Position numbers and translations under genes: made by a program
Part shown: positions 36,156 to 48,563 of the stretch, piece by piece
Numbering within the stretch: the stretch's first letter is position 1
Layout: each line of letters begins with the position of its first letter
Notes under the pieces: model-generated
What the model was told of the DNA's origin: nothing
Database searches by the model: none
The model's input: the letters and a program-made list of their open reading frames with translations, nothing else
From: Pseudogymnoascus verrucosus
Taxonomy: Eukaryota
Assembly: GCA_001662655.1 (NCBI GenBank)
Contig: KV460231.1
Reading direction: 5' to 3' (one strand)
Length of the DNA stretch: 64,000 bases

Positions 36156-37045
36156 GTGGGTGGCATAGCGGGGAAGTGCCGTTGGAATCTTGTTGATCGG
36201 ATGGGGGATTCGATCGGTGAAAGGAGAGGGTTATAGTTCAAGAATTCAAGCATGCTCAAGTAGCCTTGGTGAATAATAATATCTCAGTGCGTACTGAATT
36301 CCAAAATGTGCTGACACAAATCGAAGTCCCCAGAAAATTCAAATCCAAATTCGATGATTTTCCAGCGCCGACCAGGGCGCCTGTATATTGCACACAGTAC
36401 TAACTAGACGCCATAATGCTGTCCATGCCTTCTCTGGGTATGACCAAGAAAAACAAATAGTTAGGTAACACAGGAGAAGAAGAGAATAACCCAGAGCATC
36501 GAGATAAACCACCTCTTTCCCACAGGCCTCTACATCTCCGGCCCGCTTCAACAATAGATGGCTTAGTGATAATAATGCAATAACTTCCCAGGCAGAGGCG
36601 CGATAGATCTCTTCCTTACAGAGATACAATAGCCTTCGTCCGTCTAGAAACATAATAAATATAACCGATACCTCAGGTGCGCAGGATTAATTGATGACAT
36701 GAGTAAAAAATAAAACAAAAACAAAACATGAAAAGCGCAACTCCTTGCTGACATGACATAAAAGTCGATAGTATGCACGGTGAGCGCCTTACCCGCGCAA
36801 AATCCGGAAGTCGAGGAGAAACGCCTAAAAAATCAAGACGCGGTCCTGATAGGAGCCGAAGAAGCGCAGACGAAGGAATGTCGAGAAAGTAAAGCAAGGA
36901 CGGACGGTCAAGAACGGGGTATCACAAACGCTGCATACTTTGAAAGGGCTTCGTGAAGTTCTCCAAACACGGTGGATGGAACAGATGTTGCCCATACCAA
37001 TACCATGTTGAGCGCAGACAGCAGTGTCCCGCTAATAAACTGCGG

Positions 37046-38930
37046 TTAAATATCATCGAGGTAGGTCGTCTCGTCACTCCCCCCATACGCCTCTCCACCC
37101 CAAAGTGAGAGGCCAAATAGTGAACTAACAAGGGCGCGATCAAACCCATCCCCCACGACCTCCCTCGTCACCCGCCTTAGTCTATTCAGCGTCTCTTCAT
37201 CTAGGTTCTCCGGACGCTTTGGCGGCTCTGCTCCCGCGCCGTCATGGTCCCACAGTTTGAGGACGTCAAGATGGGAGGCAATGTCGGGCTCAGCGCCCAT
37301 GGCTGACAGTATGGTGGCGAGTAGTGTGAGTTCGGTGCGTGAGGCGGCGAGTTTGCCGAAGAGCCAGGGGTTGATGCGGTTTTGGTAGGATTGGTCGTCG
37401 AGGCGGGTGCCGAGGTTGCTAACGATGATGGACTGGCAGCTTATAGGCATAGAGGATGGCGCGTGGGATGTTATATTTATTTGTGGTGGCGGTGTTGGTA
37501 AAGCAGGTTTGGGTGGTGTTGGTGCTGGTAATGGTGGTGGAATTGGTGTGGAGTCGTCCGAGTCATCGGAGTCGTCGTAGACGTTGGAGTCCTCGCGATC
37601 GCCGTCCATATAGTTGTCAGCCTCGTCAATAATTCCTTGCTCCAAGCACTGTGCCCTTAGCTGCTCGATTTCAACGCGATACCCGTCGATCTCGATATCA
37701 AGTAGACGAAGTACTTCAGGGAGACTATCCAGGTATTTCTGGTCGTCTTCCAACAAAGTTAGCCCGAATGGGTGGCGACTTTCTTGTTGGTCTTCAAGCC
37801 TGCCCTTGTCCTCCATGATATACGCACGCCTCTCATACAGATTGTCTTGGGAACCGCGATTCTCTTGGTATTCGATGTAAAGGGGGTGATAATTTTTCCT
37901 ATATTGTTCGAAACTGCCGGTAGAATATGCATCATAGTCTGAATCGTCATTCTCGCTTTTGGCTTCATCGATGTCGCTTGCTGAGTTATGTCCGCTTTCT
38001 GATATCGGCGAAGATTGTGGTAGTGGAAGCTCTTTCATTGTATGGTTGTCTTCCTGATCCTCACCTGACTCCATCGGGGAAATGCCAAAACCCTCATATA
38101 GGCTATCCTCGGCTTGTGTCAGTTGGATCTCTTCAAACTCCAGCGCCTCTTCAAGCGAGGTTAGTTCATCATTGAGCGGTCCACATTCATCTCGGCCTGA
38201 CCGAGACTCAGAGAATAATCTCAACGCTAGCTCCAATCTGGAATCGTGAACCTTAGGGTTCTTATGACGTTCGGCTGCGAATTCTCGCAGACGTTTAAAG
38301 GTCTCTTCGATTTCGGCAGAAATTTGTTTATCTTTAGCTTGTAGTAATAACTTTTGATTTTGGATATCACGGCGACGGCGACGGACATTTCGTCTCAGCT
38401 GTTGAACCCTCTGCACTTCTGTTTTGGAGGGTTTGATAAGCACCTTAGGAGGCTCTACTGAACTGAGCGAATGCGGGATCAAGGGGGTCAATTCCATGAA
38501 TTCTCCTTTTTTCCGACCCTGAATACACAGCCAGCCTAACTCTGAACTCTCATTGCAGTCATCGTCGGTAAGGTTCGTATCCTTAGGTAATATGATATCA
38601 AAATCATCTTCTACAAGGGGTTCGGCAACAGGAATACCGCTGCTGGTCGGCTTTGACCCGCCAACAATCCCCCCACCGGCGCCACCATTCTCGTTGATCA
38701 GTTCTGGTAATGAGGCAGTGTGTAGCGGCCCGGTCGATGCGGTGTTGTGTTCTAGAATGGGCCTGGCGACGTGCTGCTCTGTTGTTGTCGGCTGCAGCAA
38801 TGGAGAGACCCCAAAATGTTTATTTCGGCTTTCTAGGCCTCCCGGGTGGATCGGATTCGGAGTGACGGCCCCTGAATCTATAGAAATGTTAGTATCTCTC
38901 GAAATATATTTCAAACTTACCACTACGCAT
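37046..38930 (-). CDS. Uncharacterised acidic coiled-coil protein
   Basis: ~610-codon open exon. Candidate start ATG CGT AGT G at 38930 plus intron 38920-38878 (GTAAGT..ACTAAC..TAG). Helical segments and C-terminal RINPWLFGKL..SRTE..VLKLWDHD. The 5' end is uncertain. Confidence 0.7.
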
Positions 38931-41273
38931 TTATACAGTATAATGTAGTTGACTTCTGCTTTTCGGGGCGAATCGGCATTAGTACTGTATTCTTGGCGAT
39001 TGGCCTCACAAGTGGATGAGAATTCTGGCCTAAGGGGCGAAAATTATGAGAGTTATCTACCTTCATTTAATATTGAACCTGAAGTGGTTGGTTGGGCTGA
39101 GAGATCTGGCGTAGTTGGGTTGTCATCCACGTGATCCCTACACCCAAATCGCCCACTGAGAGAAAGCTTATCTTGCTCGAGGGCTCCATCATCTGATGGT
39201 GGCTCCTGGTGCCCTTCAGACATACTGGTGTTGCTGGTCTGTACCTCATTCTCTGCTGACGCCATGGAGCCGGCATCCACGCTGGGCTTACGACTCCGAT
39301 CGCGCTTGCGACGCGACCGAGAACTCTTGGAGCGGTAAAAGTCCGAATCGAGCTGCTTTGGCCTCGAATTCCAGATCTTGGGCGGTTCGCGTTGTTCCTG
39401 CTTTCCGTTGCGCGGCGGCGGACATTCTATATGACTTGTCGCGCCCTTCTTTGCGTAGTTGTTTCCATTTGACCTGAGGCGGTCGTTTTCCTGGCGTTCG
39501 ATCATTTGAGTCACGGATGGAAGCCCCCGTCCTGTTTCTGCGTTTGCGATGGGCGTGACTGGTCAACGTACGATTGTGCACCACAAGGTCTTACATGAAG
39601 TCGTTCAAGTGATCCGCCCTGATCGGGAGGCAGCACAGCAACTTCTGTTCAACAGAAGAGAAGACACGTATCTGGGCAAGCAGCAGGACCAAAACATAGA
39701 CGCGACTCCTGAACGACACAACTCGACGAGGCGGACAGATGAAATCTGAGGGCGTAGGATCGTCGCGAAACTTCGCGAAACTCCTTTCTAACACGGGATA
39801 GGTGTCTCGAACCCCGTTGCCTCACGCGATTACGAACGTGTCTATTGATCCAAGAAGAGCCTCCGATCACTCACTTCCGCGGGACGAAGGGTGAATGGAA
39901 ACTTCGTAGGGGCATGAATCTCGTCGAGGTCACACCGGTCTGCCCGCCTTTGTGCACCCTCGTTTTTCCGTTGGCTGTCGTTCCAAGGAGTCCAGATGAC
40001 TATCTGCTTGTCATGTTGGGGCACAGTAGTACAGATCATTCTACTAATACATATTATTGCTGGATAGATGATATCGGCTAGCAATGCGTCGAGTGTTGAT
40101 ACGCGAGTGTTGACGCTAAGGGGCCATCTACATAGGGACTGCAAGAATGCGTTGGTAACCAACGGATGATATGAACGTGCCATCCAAGGATAATTGTGAG
40201 CGGCTTAGTGATTGGTCCCGTAGAGGCCACAACCTGGATGTGAAGGGCGGTCATTTCCGCCATTTGGAACCGATCTCCAATAACCGTACCGGGTACTTGG
40301 TGATATGCCTCCCGGTTTGCCGCCTCATTTTGTATTCAGTACGTTACAATGTGATACCGGCTCTAAGAGTGGACGATGGCGGAAAGCACGATGGGGCCAC
40401 ATGTACTTTATACCTATACTGCTTCAAACATTTCGCCGACCGGTGAGCAAGGGGTCCCTACAAGATACAAATTTTCCATTGGTCCCCAGCGATATTCAAA
40501 TTTGGAAATATCTTTAATGTTTTCTATTGGTTAATCTCAAGTGGGTGTGGAGGAATCACCCGCCCGCCCGTCACCCACATCCCGCAGCGGCCGGTCTGCC
40601 TCCTTGGGTCATCTTATGCTAAATTTGCCTAACACATCTAACACATCTAACACATAAATGTACTTTATGCATCCGCGCAATGTTGTATGCATGCTCTCCT
40701 ATATCCCTACCTCACCTCCCCCACACTTCCTACTATATCACTACCTGCTCCAACATTCCCAACCATACTTGGGCATAGTATGGTGCTGCCACTATAATGC
40801 AGGTATATCTTAGCCTTAAAGGGTTCATTGTCGTCATATGCGTGCCCAACCTTCTCTTCATGGGCTTGCAGCTTACTGCTTGCATGCATTAGCGTGAGCC
40901 CAACATTCATTCGTCTCTCTATCTACCATGTGAGCAAACAGCAACAGCAAACATTCTGGGGTGTTGTCAGAATCGGGTCGGGCCCCTACCGGCCTATCTT
41001 CTTCCCCGCAGTGTCAGAGGAAGCATTAATCGGCCGAAGCGAAGGTTGCGTGGTGAAGGCACGGGAGGATGTCGTACATACCGCATTTGTAGCGCGGATC
41101 TCAGAGATTCGAAAGAGCCTCAATCTGAAAATAATCTGGCGAGATGGTGTCCAGAGGCACTTAAAGCAGCCCTTTTCCCGTACGGTGGGTCGTCTCTCAT
41201 ATCTCCATGTGAGAAACTACTCATCTTGCTATTTGCACCCATTACTGCACTCTACTTTCTCAAACCTACGGAC

Positions 41274-42939
41274 ATGGCTGGGGGAAGACCCAAGAAGGGT
41301 CGTAAAGAGAGCGTCGCTACTGGTTGGCTCGGATGGGAGTATGACTATGATAAAGGGTGCTATGTCAACTCTAAAATCAACAGCGATGGAGGTAAGGACG
41401 GCTCATCGACCTTTGAATTATTAGGTTCTCTGCGGATGCTAACACTATTAAGAGGTCGTAACTATGGATGGGGGACCGTGCCCTCCCCCTGTAGCACAAA
41501 CAGGAGGCCTGGAAGAACGCCTAGACCAATTCAGCCTTTCTCCGGATGAGCCCCAGGTTGAGGGAGATGAAGATGCTGCTCAAGAGGAACATATGTTGCC
41601 ATCTTCGAGTGACATCGAATTTCAATCGCCCCAGCCCTCCGATGGGAGATCAGCAAGCTATCCGCCTTTTTCTTCCAGCCCAAACTCGTCTCTATACTCT
41701 CAGAGGCCAAATGGTGACCACAGTAAAATGTTCACAGTTGCCGCCCCCGGCCTTGAGGATCAGACGTATGATCCCAATGCATCCGAGATTGGCATGGCTC
41801 CATCTGAAAACATTGCACCCCAGGGTCAAACATACCCAGCTTATTCTGTTGCCAGTTACGGAAGGCCCCGATCCGGAACTGCCTTGTCTCAAAACTCAAC
41901 AGGCTCATACTATCCTCCCATCAACTACAGGACAAACACCATCGATGAGGGAGGCGAATTGCTTGGAGACCCCGTAGCCCGATCCTATGACAGCACTTCC
42001 CAGCCTACCAACACGAATTTCGGAGGACGCCTCCCCCCAACGGGGCCTGCTAACAATCAACGGCGTAACCGTGGAGGTCGCAGATACAGTGGCCACACGA
42101 ATGCCAGTCTCGTCGAAGCAAAGGATACGACGACGGAGTTTTCATCCAAAAGCGGGCTGTGGGAAGGCAAGCTACCTACCTTATGCGCTAGAAATGCCAT
42201 ATTAATAATAATTAGAGTTCAAAATTGCACACTCCAGCGAGTTCAAGGAAAGACGTGTGCGTCCCCTAGCCCACTGGTCTAATTTGACTGCTAATAGCGG
42301 CCTAGGTATTTAAAGTCGTGTGGACTGAGCCAAACGGCGTTGACCCTAGGGAAAACTACAGCAGCTTTAGCAAGGTCACTGCAAGTAAGCATGGCGAACT
42401 GGCATATACCTCGATCCGACGTTTTGTTGTTTGGAAAAATTACGATGGTCATGCCATTTGTCTGTGCGTCTTCCGGCCATTCCTATCCTTTATCCCTACT
42501 AACATTTCAAAGCCCAGTCCTCACCTATCGCGGTAAGGGCACGGCCAAGCCCGGCATCAAAGCTGCGCACCATGCCATCATCTTCACCGAGTCTAAATTG
42601 GCCAACCGTAGCATCAAACACCCTCCTCGCGAAACCAAACCCGAGAAGAAGCTAACCAACGCACCCATCTGCGTCGAACTGATGGACCGGCGAGAACAGC
42701 TCGACGTCATGTCGCGGCTCAACTACGCAAAGGTGTACACAGTTGAGCATAATGTCAAAGTCTGCTTCATCGGGAAGATCCACAAGGATTCAGTGAAGGA
42801 GTTCAAGGCGACGTACAAAAAAATCCAAAAAGACGTTGATTCCCCACCTGAGTCAGCGGTGGACGATGAAGTAGGCGAAAGCTACAACGGGGCCGGGGTA
42901 GAGGGAGAGGAGAATCTCTATCCAGATAACAGAAGATAA
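41274..42939 (+). CDS. DUF6590-type protein with disordered N-terminal region
   Basis: Starts MAGGRPKK; introns 41392-41452, 42167-42215 (GC-AG), ~42257-42305 and ~42464-42511; motifs RVFKVVWTEP, IRRFVVW..GHAICLPVLTYRGKG, SRLNYAKVYTVEHNVKVCFIGKI. Confidence 0.8.
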
Positions 42940-43213
42940 CAGATGATGGCCCCCCTATATGCGCCACACGCGCGTCTTCGGGGGTTAAGGCGGTCCACGG
43001 ACTTCGCCTATTCATACGTTCGTCGGCCTTCCGCTCGCTGAGCTGGATGAGCTGGCGCTATTGTGGTCGAGGGACCAGGAGTCCCACATGGATCTGGAAT
43101 CTCCCAGGGACCACGTCGATGCGAGAGCCGACCTTTTAGGGGTTAGGTTTCCTCCATTGACTATTCGTTACGTTTTGACGAGTTGGGGCTGTTTTATCAG
43201 CTCCTCGGCTCGT

Positions 43214-43410
43214 TGTGATTTTACGGCCGTTTTCGCACGGCATTATGGTCTGTTACGCGCCTTGACGGCACCAACGATTTATTTCATGATTCTCCGGCCT
43301 GTTTTTCATTGCGGGAATCTTTTATACGCCTCGACGGCAATTCGAATTACTCGCTGTGCGATTTCACATCCTATTTCCATCACGGGGATTTACTACACGC
43401 CTTGACGGAC
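43214..43410. repeat. Degenerate tandem repeat, 3 copies of ~70 bp
   Basis: TA(C/T)(A/G)CGCCT(T/C)GACGG core ending at ~43268, 43337 and 43408, each preceded by GATT..C(GG)CC..TTT..CA..CGG. Confidence 0.65.
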
Positions 43411-44814
43411 CTGCACACAACTTACGATTCTCACTTTCTCACTCTACACCTGTTATACGCACTTTCTCACTCTACGCCTGCTATGCACCTTCCCAACCTT
43501 TGGCCTTCACGACTTCACGGCCGCCACAACAACGCCCAATCTCACATTTATCCCACCTCTTCATTTCCAATTTATTCCTTTACACACGAGCCAGCACTCT
43601 GGGCACGCTGCAGGGATCAGATCAGCTACTGGTAGTTTCAGCCACCAGCCCAGAGGATCAACGACAGATTCAACCAGATATCAGAGAATCCATCGACAGC
43701 AAATTCAACCAAATTCCAGGGGATCAACGAACAACAGATTATATGACAGGGGCAGATTGGGTGGGAGGATGGATATGTTTATTTGATATTTACTTGCTTG
43801 CTTTCTTTGGATATATGGTACGGGCGACGAGAGATGGGATACTCGTGTAGCCAGTTTTATGTATTTAGTTTTTGAGTGTTGAATTTATATTGTCATTGCG
43901 CTTGTGTCTTGCCACATGTATGAGATTTTGATGAGCAGTTAGTCTTCTGTAACCAGGGCGGAAAATACAGTCCTACCTCCCCAGCATCTCTTACAACCCC
44001 ATCCCCTATTGACGCTAGAATATATACCAAGTCGCGTGGGGAAGAGAGCCTCACCACAATGCATTCGGAGCTACAACTGCAAAAAATAGAAAGGAGACGG
44101 AGATATGAATTAAAGTCTGAAGATGTCAAGAAACATCAACAACACGAAAGCTCTGGCGTAGATTTACGTATCATGGAGATGATTCAAGTCCAGCATTTCC
44201 ATACTGGACATGCTGTTCCTGTCCACCCGCCAGAGTATCTAGCTGAATTCGAGTTATTATATGTAATACCCCTGAGTGCTGATGTTACACAGATATTATT
44301 GACATACAGACTATACCCTCTTCTATGCCGATTCGAGGCTGTTCCATTGCGGATGGGGCTGGGAGGATATGATAGAACGGACGCAATGTCCAGTCTGGGT
44401 TAACGACAAAATGATCTCGATGAGTTCTTGTCGTTGATGGATTCTTGCCACCGAGGACACCTCTCTGTCACCTACACCTTCTTTACGCCATCGACCCTTC
44501 TCACAGCCCTCTCTCACCACACTACTCTCCCAACTCATCCGCCCCTATCTTTAATGCGCGAGTCGCCACCCACGTCTGGTCGTCGAGGCCGATGGCCAAG
44601 ATGAGAAATTGGAAGCAGAGAGAAATTGCTTCTGGTGCTGGTTCTGGTGCTGGTTTTGGTGCGGCAAAGGTTTATAAGGGCTGCCTCAGATGAACAATAA
44701 ATTAGGTTATCATCATTCCACCACCCAGCCCTCTCTCACTAGAGCAGTATGGCACGACCAGCCCCCTCGTGGTTGGGGCCAAGCAATCTGGATACCCCCG
44801 AGAGTGCAGTGGCT

Positions 44815-45230
44815 AGTTAGTTCCTTCCTTTACAAACCGCGTTGCCGAGAGAGTCGCTCCTTCCTTTCATACCTCGTAGTTGAGGGAGCCGCACCTTCCT
44901 TCGCAAATTTCGCAATTGATAAAGTCGCACCTTCCTTTGCAAACTTCGTAGTTTCGAAGGTCGTACGTACCTTCCTTTGTAAATCTCGTGGTTTTAAGAG
45001 CCGCGTCTTCCTTTGTTACTCGAGTGGTCGAGAGAGTCGCACCTTCCCTTGCACCCCCCAGAGTGGGGGGGTAGCACCTTCCTTTGCAAACGTCATGGTT
45101 GAGAAAAGTCGTACCTTCCTTTGCTACTCGCGTGATTGAGAGTCGCACCTTCCGTTGCAAACCTAATCACTAAGAGGAACGCACTTTCCTTTCTAACTTG
45201 TGTGGTAAAGAAAGTCGCAGCTTTCTTCGG
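44815..45230. repeat. Array of ~12 units (~36-bp period): conserved GTCGCACCTTCCTTTGC motif plus variable mini-hairpin
   Basis: CCTTCC-like cores at 44823, 44859, 44894, 44930, 44970, 45006, 45042, 45077, 45114, 45148, 45184, 45220 (spacing 34-40 nt). Confidence 0.9.
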
Positions 45231-45660
45231 AGCGACGTCGAAAGTAAAAAAATGGTAAGGCTCCTTCGCAACGTTGAAAGTGAAAAATGGACAATGAGGA
45301 GCATGAAATGCGCTTACAAGACTCTGGAGATGAATGGACTTGCCAGTAAATTCATACGTTCTGTTCGGCAGTATAATAACCCCATTTCAGGATCTGATGT
45401 GACCCTGTTTAGGTGTTCTACTTGCCGGTTTGATGGATCAAGAAGAGCCATAGAACCTTCAAACGACCCAAAGAAAACTACAACGCCCAAACCCGTGAGT
45501 TTCAAAAGGCTGCGACTGCCTTCGCCAACCTGCCCGAGGAGGACGACGGCCAAGAAATACGCGAATCTCTGAAAGGAGTCCTCGACGAATTCCAGACCCT
45601 CCGCAAGATACTAAAAACATGAACAACTCACCTAATATGCTGCTCTTGTGTGTGGGCGGA

Positions 45661-45687
45661 GTTGTATGTTGTTGTTGTTGTTGTTGT
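45661..45687. repeat. (GTT)n microsatellite
   Basis: GTTGTATGTTGTTGTTGTTGTTGTTGT. Confidence 0.8.
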
Positions 45688-45778
45688 CAATACCCTCCTG
45701 TCATCGCCGTCCTGTCGCCAACGAGTTCCTGTCACCGTCTCCCTCCTCTCCTGCGGGCAGACAAGCAGACAACTGGGC

Positions 45779-45850
45779 TCGAGTACATAGAGGAGTATAA
45801 AGACGCATACGAGAAGTCGTATGCGTCCTTATACTCCTCCATGTACTCGA
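45779..45850. repeat. 34-bp inverted repeat with 4-nt loop (candidate small-RNA precursor hairpin)
   Basis: TCGAGTACATAGAGGAGTATAAAGACGCATACGA-GAAG-TCGTATGCGTCCTTATACTCCTCCATGTACTCGA; 32 of 34 positions are Watson-Crick complementary. Confidence 0.9.
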
Positions 45851-48563
45851 CGATGTCCAATGCGTCGCTCTTCGTAGGGTGCTGGTTCAACTGATTTACT
45901 ACGTAATTTGCGTAGATTCCTTGCCATCTCATCGGGTATATCCTCGTCAACGACTCCCCCCACCGTCTCTCACCACAGCACCACGACATGACTAACCAAC
46001 CTCTCTACAGTATCACATCGAAGTCTGACTCTGGCTCGGCATTGTCTCTTTCTCTCTTTGGGCCATAATATGTCATAAATCCCGGGCAAACGCCTTTCTG
46101 ATCGAAGGGCCGCCTGCCCTTTCTCTGGCGAGAGGTGGCAGCCATAATCCGAGAGGTGATGGTCTCGGCGTATGGGGATATCAGCGCAAAGACTGATGGT
46201 ATTGATAGTTACACTCAATACCGCTACTACAATAACTAACGCCGCAGCATATGGCACTTAGAGTCGCAGAGCCCCGATACGGACTGTGAGAGGGATGAGG
46301 TGTTTTGGTTTTCGGGATCGGGAGTGGGAGTGAGAGGGGTATATTTAAAGGGTCGTTTGGAGGACGGATGGAGAGAGCGGCTACCGCCATTGCCGCCCCT
46401 CCATCCTTCGTCGGAACGATCCCTGGATTCGTGTTATCGGTATTAGCATTCTCTTGCGACTGTTTGGTATTGATTTTATCTTGGTCGTAGGGGGTCCCTC
46501 ATCAACTTCTAGAGCTGGTTTCATCTCCATCATGGAGATCTCTCTCCTCCACGTCTTGGATGCGTTTACTACATCATCGGCAGATTTCTCGGGCTTTTGC
46601 CGTTCTATACATTTCTCAATCATGAGTTATTAAGTTTGCATTCTCACAGCTGCATATTCATACAATACCAGTGATCTGTCGTGGTCTCCCACACGTGGGT
46701 AAACTCCCCTCTCCTGCTCGTGCCCAATATGCAAGACGCGTCGAAACTCCACCTCTCGAATCGCCACTGCCTTCCACTTGAACAGTACAGTAAAAGTAGT
46801 ACGTACGTACATGAAGCGGCACATAACACACAAACCAACTCGATCGATCCTCTTCTGCAGCATCTTTTTCAGCTGCACATGCACATCGTACACACACTGC
46901 ATCCCGCTCGCACTGGCACATGCATATCGCCAGTGTCACATGCTAATCACCACACCCACAGCCAAGGTGTCAGCGATAAGAAACATCGCCCCTATCCGAT
47001 AAGGACCATCATCTGTATACGTACCATCCAAATTTCTGTTGAACACAAAAACACCCACATGCCCCTTCTAGACGACACCTCAGACTCCTCCATCGCGCTA
47101 ATCCAAAGTTAGTATAGTTGGCAAAATCCACTGACAACGAATTCTCGAATTGGGGGGCGAAGCAAAGAGACAAGGGGGGGGGGGGTTGGAATAGCGAGGA
47201 GGAGAAGAACGACGCCAATTTTCTCGCTTCGTGTGCATGTATTGGGTCCACTAGTGTGAGACTAGGGCGAAACTAGTGCGAAACTTAAATTTGGGGGATT
47301 TTTTTTTTTTGCTGGCTGCGGTGTGAGGGGATGGATAAAGGGGCGGTAACGATAACTCCAATGGGGAATGGGGGTTGTTAGCACGTGATTAAACTGAGGA
47401 AGAGAGAAGAGGGATAGAAGAGAGATGAGATATTTAATAAGGGGAAATCAGAAAAGGGGTACATCTAATTACACTGTGTCTCCAACGCCAATCTCAAGTA
47501 CCAAAACATGGAAGAAATCGAAATTCCTTCGGTTTGCCAATCCGGAGCTCGCCATACGAAGGAACTTCTTACTTACTATACGCCAGTACCACTAGACCCT
47601 TAACCCTGGACATTCTCCAACTCGTTCCTGTCACGCTAACCCTAATCCAGTAGCCACTAGCACAGAAATAGAAAGGAGCGGTCGCCGCTAGCACGTGGGT
47701 TTCAACGGGAGATTTCATATGGCGGCGCGGCGGCGGCTTTTTTTCTCCTTCTCGCCTCATCGGCTTCTCCATCTTTTTTTTTTCTCCTGTTTGTTGTTTA
47801 TCCCGCTAGCTGGAGAGTACTGGACTACTGGATGAGTCTCCTACTGGATCACCATGGAATTGATGGTACGTACGTACGGAAATCTAAGGAGAGGAGATAC
47901 ACAGATGCATTGGAATGGAATGCAACTGAAACTACTACTGAACAAAAAGCTATATTCATTATTACTTATCTATACGAATCTGAACATTATTGGCGACGCG
48001 GTCATACCGCCGTCCATACTTACTCCTTTACTCCTATCATATTTATCCATTTTCTTGTTGAGGATCCAACCAAACTAGCCTTGGCAGCCACAAAACACCG
48101 CCGTGGAGAAATCTCAATCTCGACGCGGCAATGGGACAGGCACTAGACTGACTCTCCCCTCCTCTACGGAGGTAGTCTAACTAACAAACCTTGCACCGCT
48201 GGGAGATCCTCTAGCTCCCCGAGAGAGAAAAAAAAGTGCCTGAGAGTACGCAGGCCTAACTGCAATCTCCAATGGCCCCTCCATAATCTGCCTGTTGTCC
48301 CTTCGGTAAGCCGCCCTCCCTCCCAGCCCACCCAGTCCTTCGCCCGCCCTTGTGGATCACTGTGGAGAAAGGAAGTGTGCACCCATCGGCCATCCATGGG
48401 CTCCTGAATCTGAATCTGCTTGTGCGTGTCCGGTTTATAAGACCCGCCCCTACCCCACGCCGCCATCTTGATGAACTTTTGACACTTTCTCCCCCTTCCT
48501 CCCTCCTTCCTCCACATCCCCCTCCCCACCACTCTCGCCATACAACGACGAGAGTCCGCAATC

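Noticed and set aside
44690..45139. 149-aa ORF with VAPSFANF/SRTFLC repeats as a real protein
   Set aside because: The repeat is read in shifting frames because unit lengths are not multiples of 3; likely a by-product of the DNA array.
44815..45230. CRISPR array
   Set aside because: Eukaryotic context, no cas genes, degenerate repeats, and spacers only ~15-18 nt and related to one another.
45970..46257. 95-aa ORF listed on + in the track
   Set aside because: The listed peptide actually reads from the minus strand, starts at GTG, and has no recognisable features.
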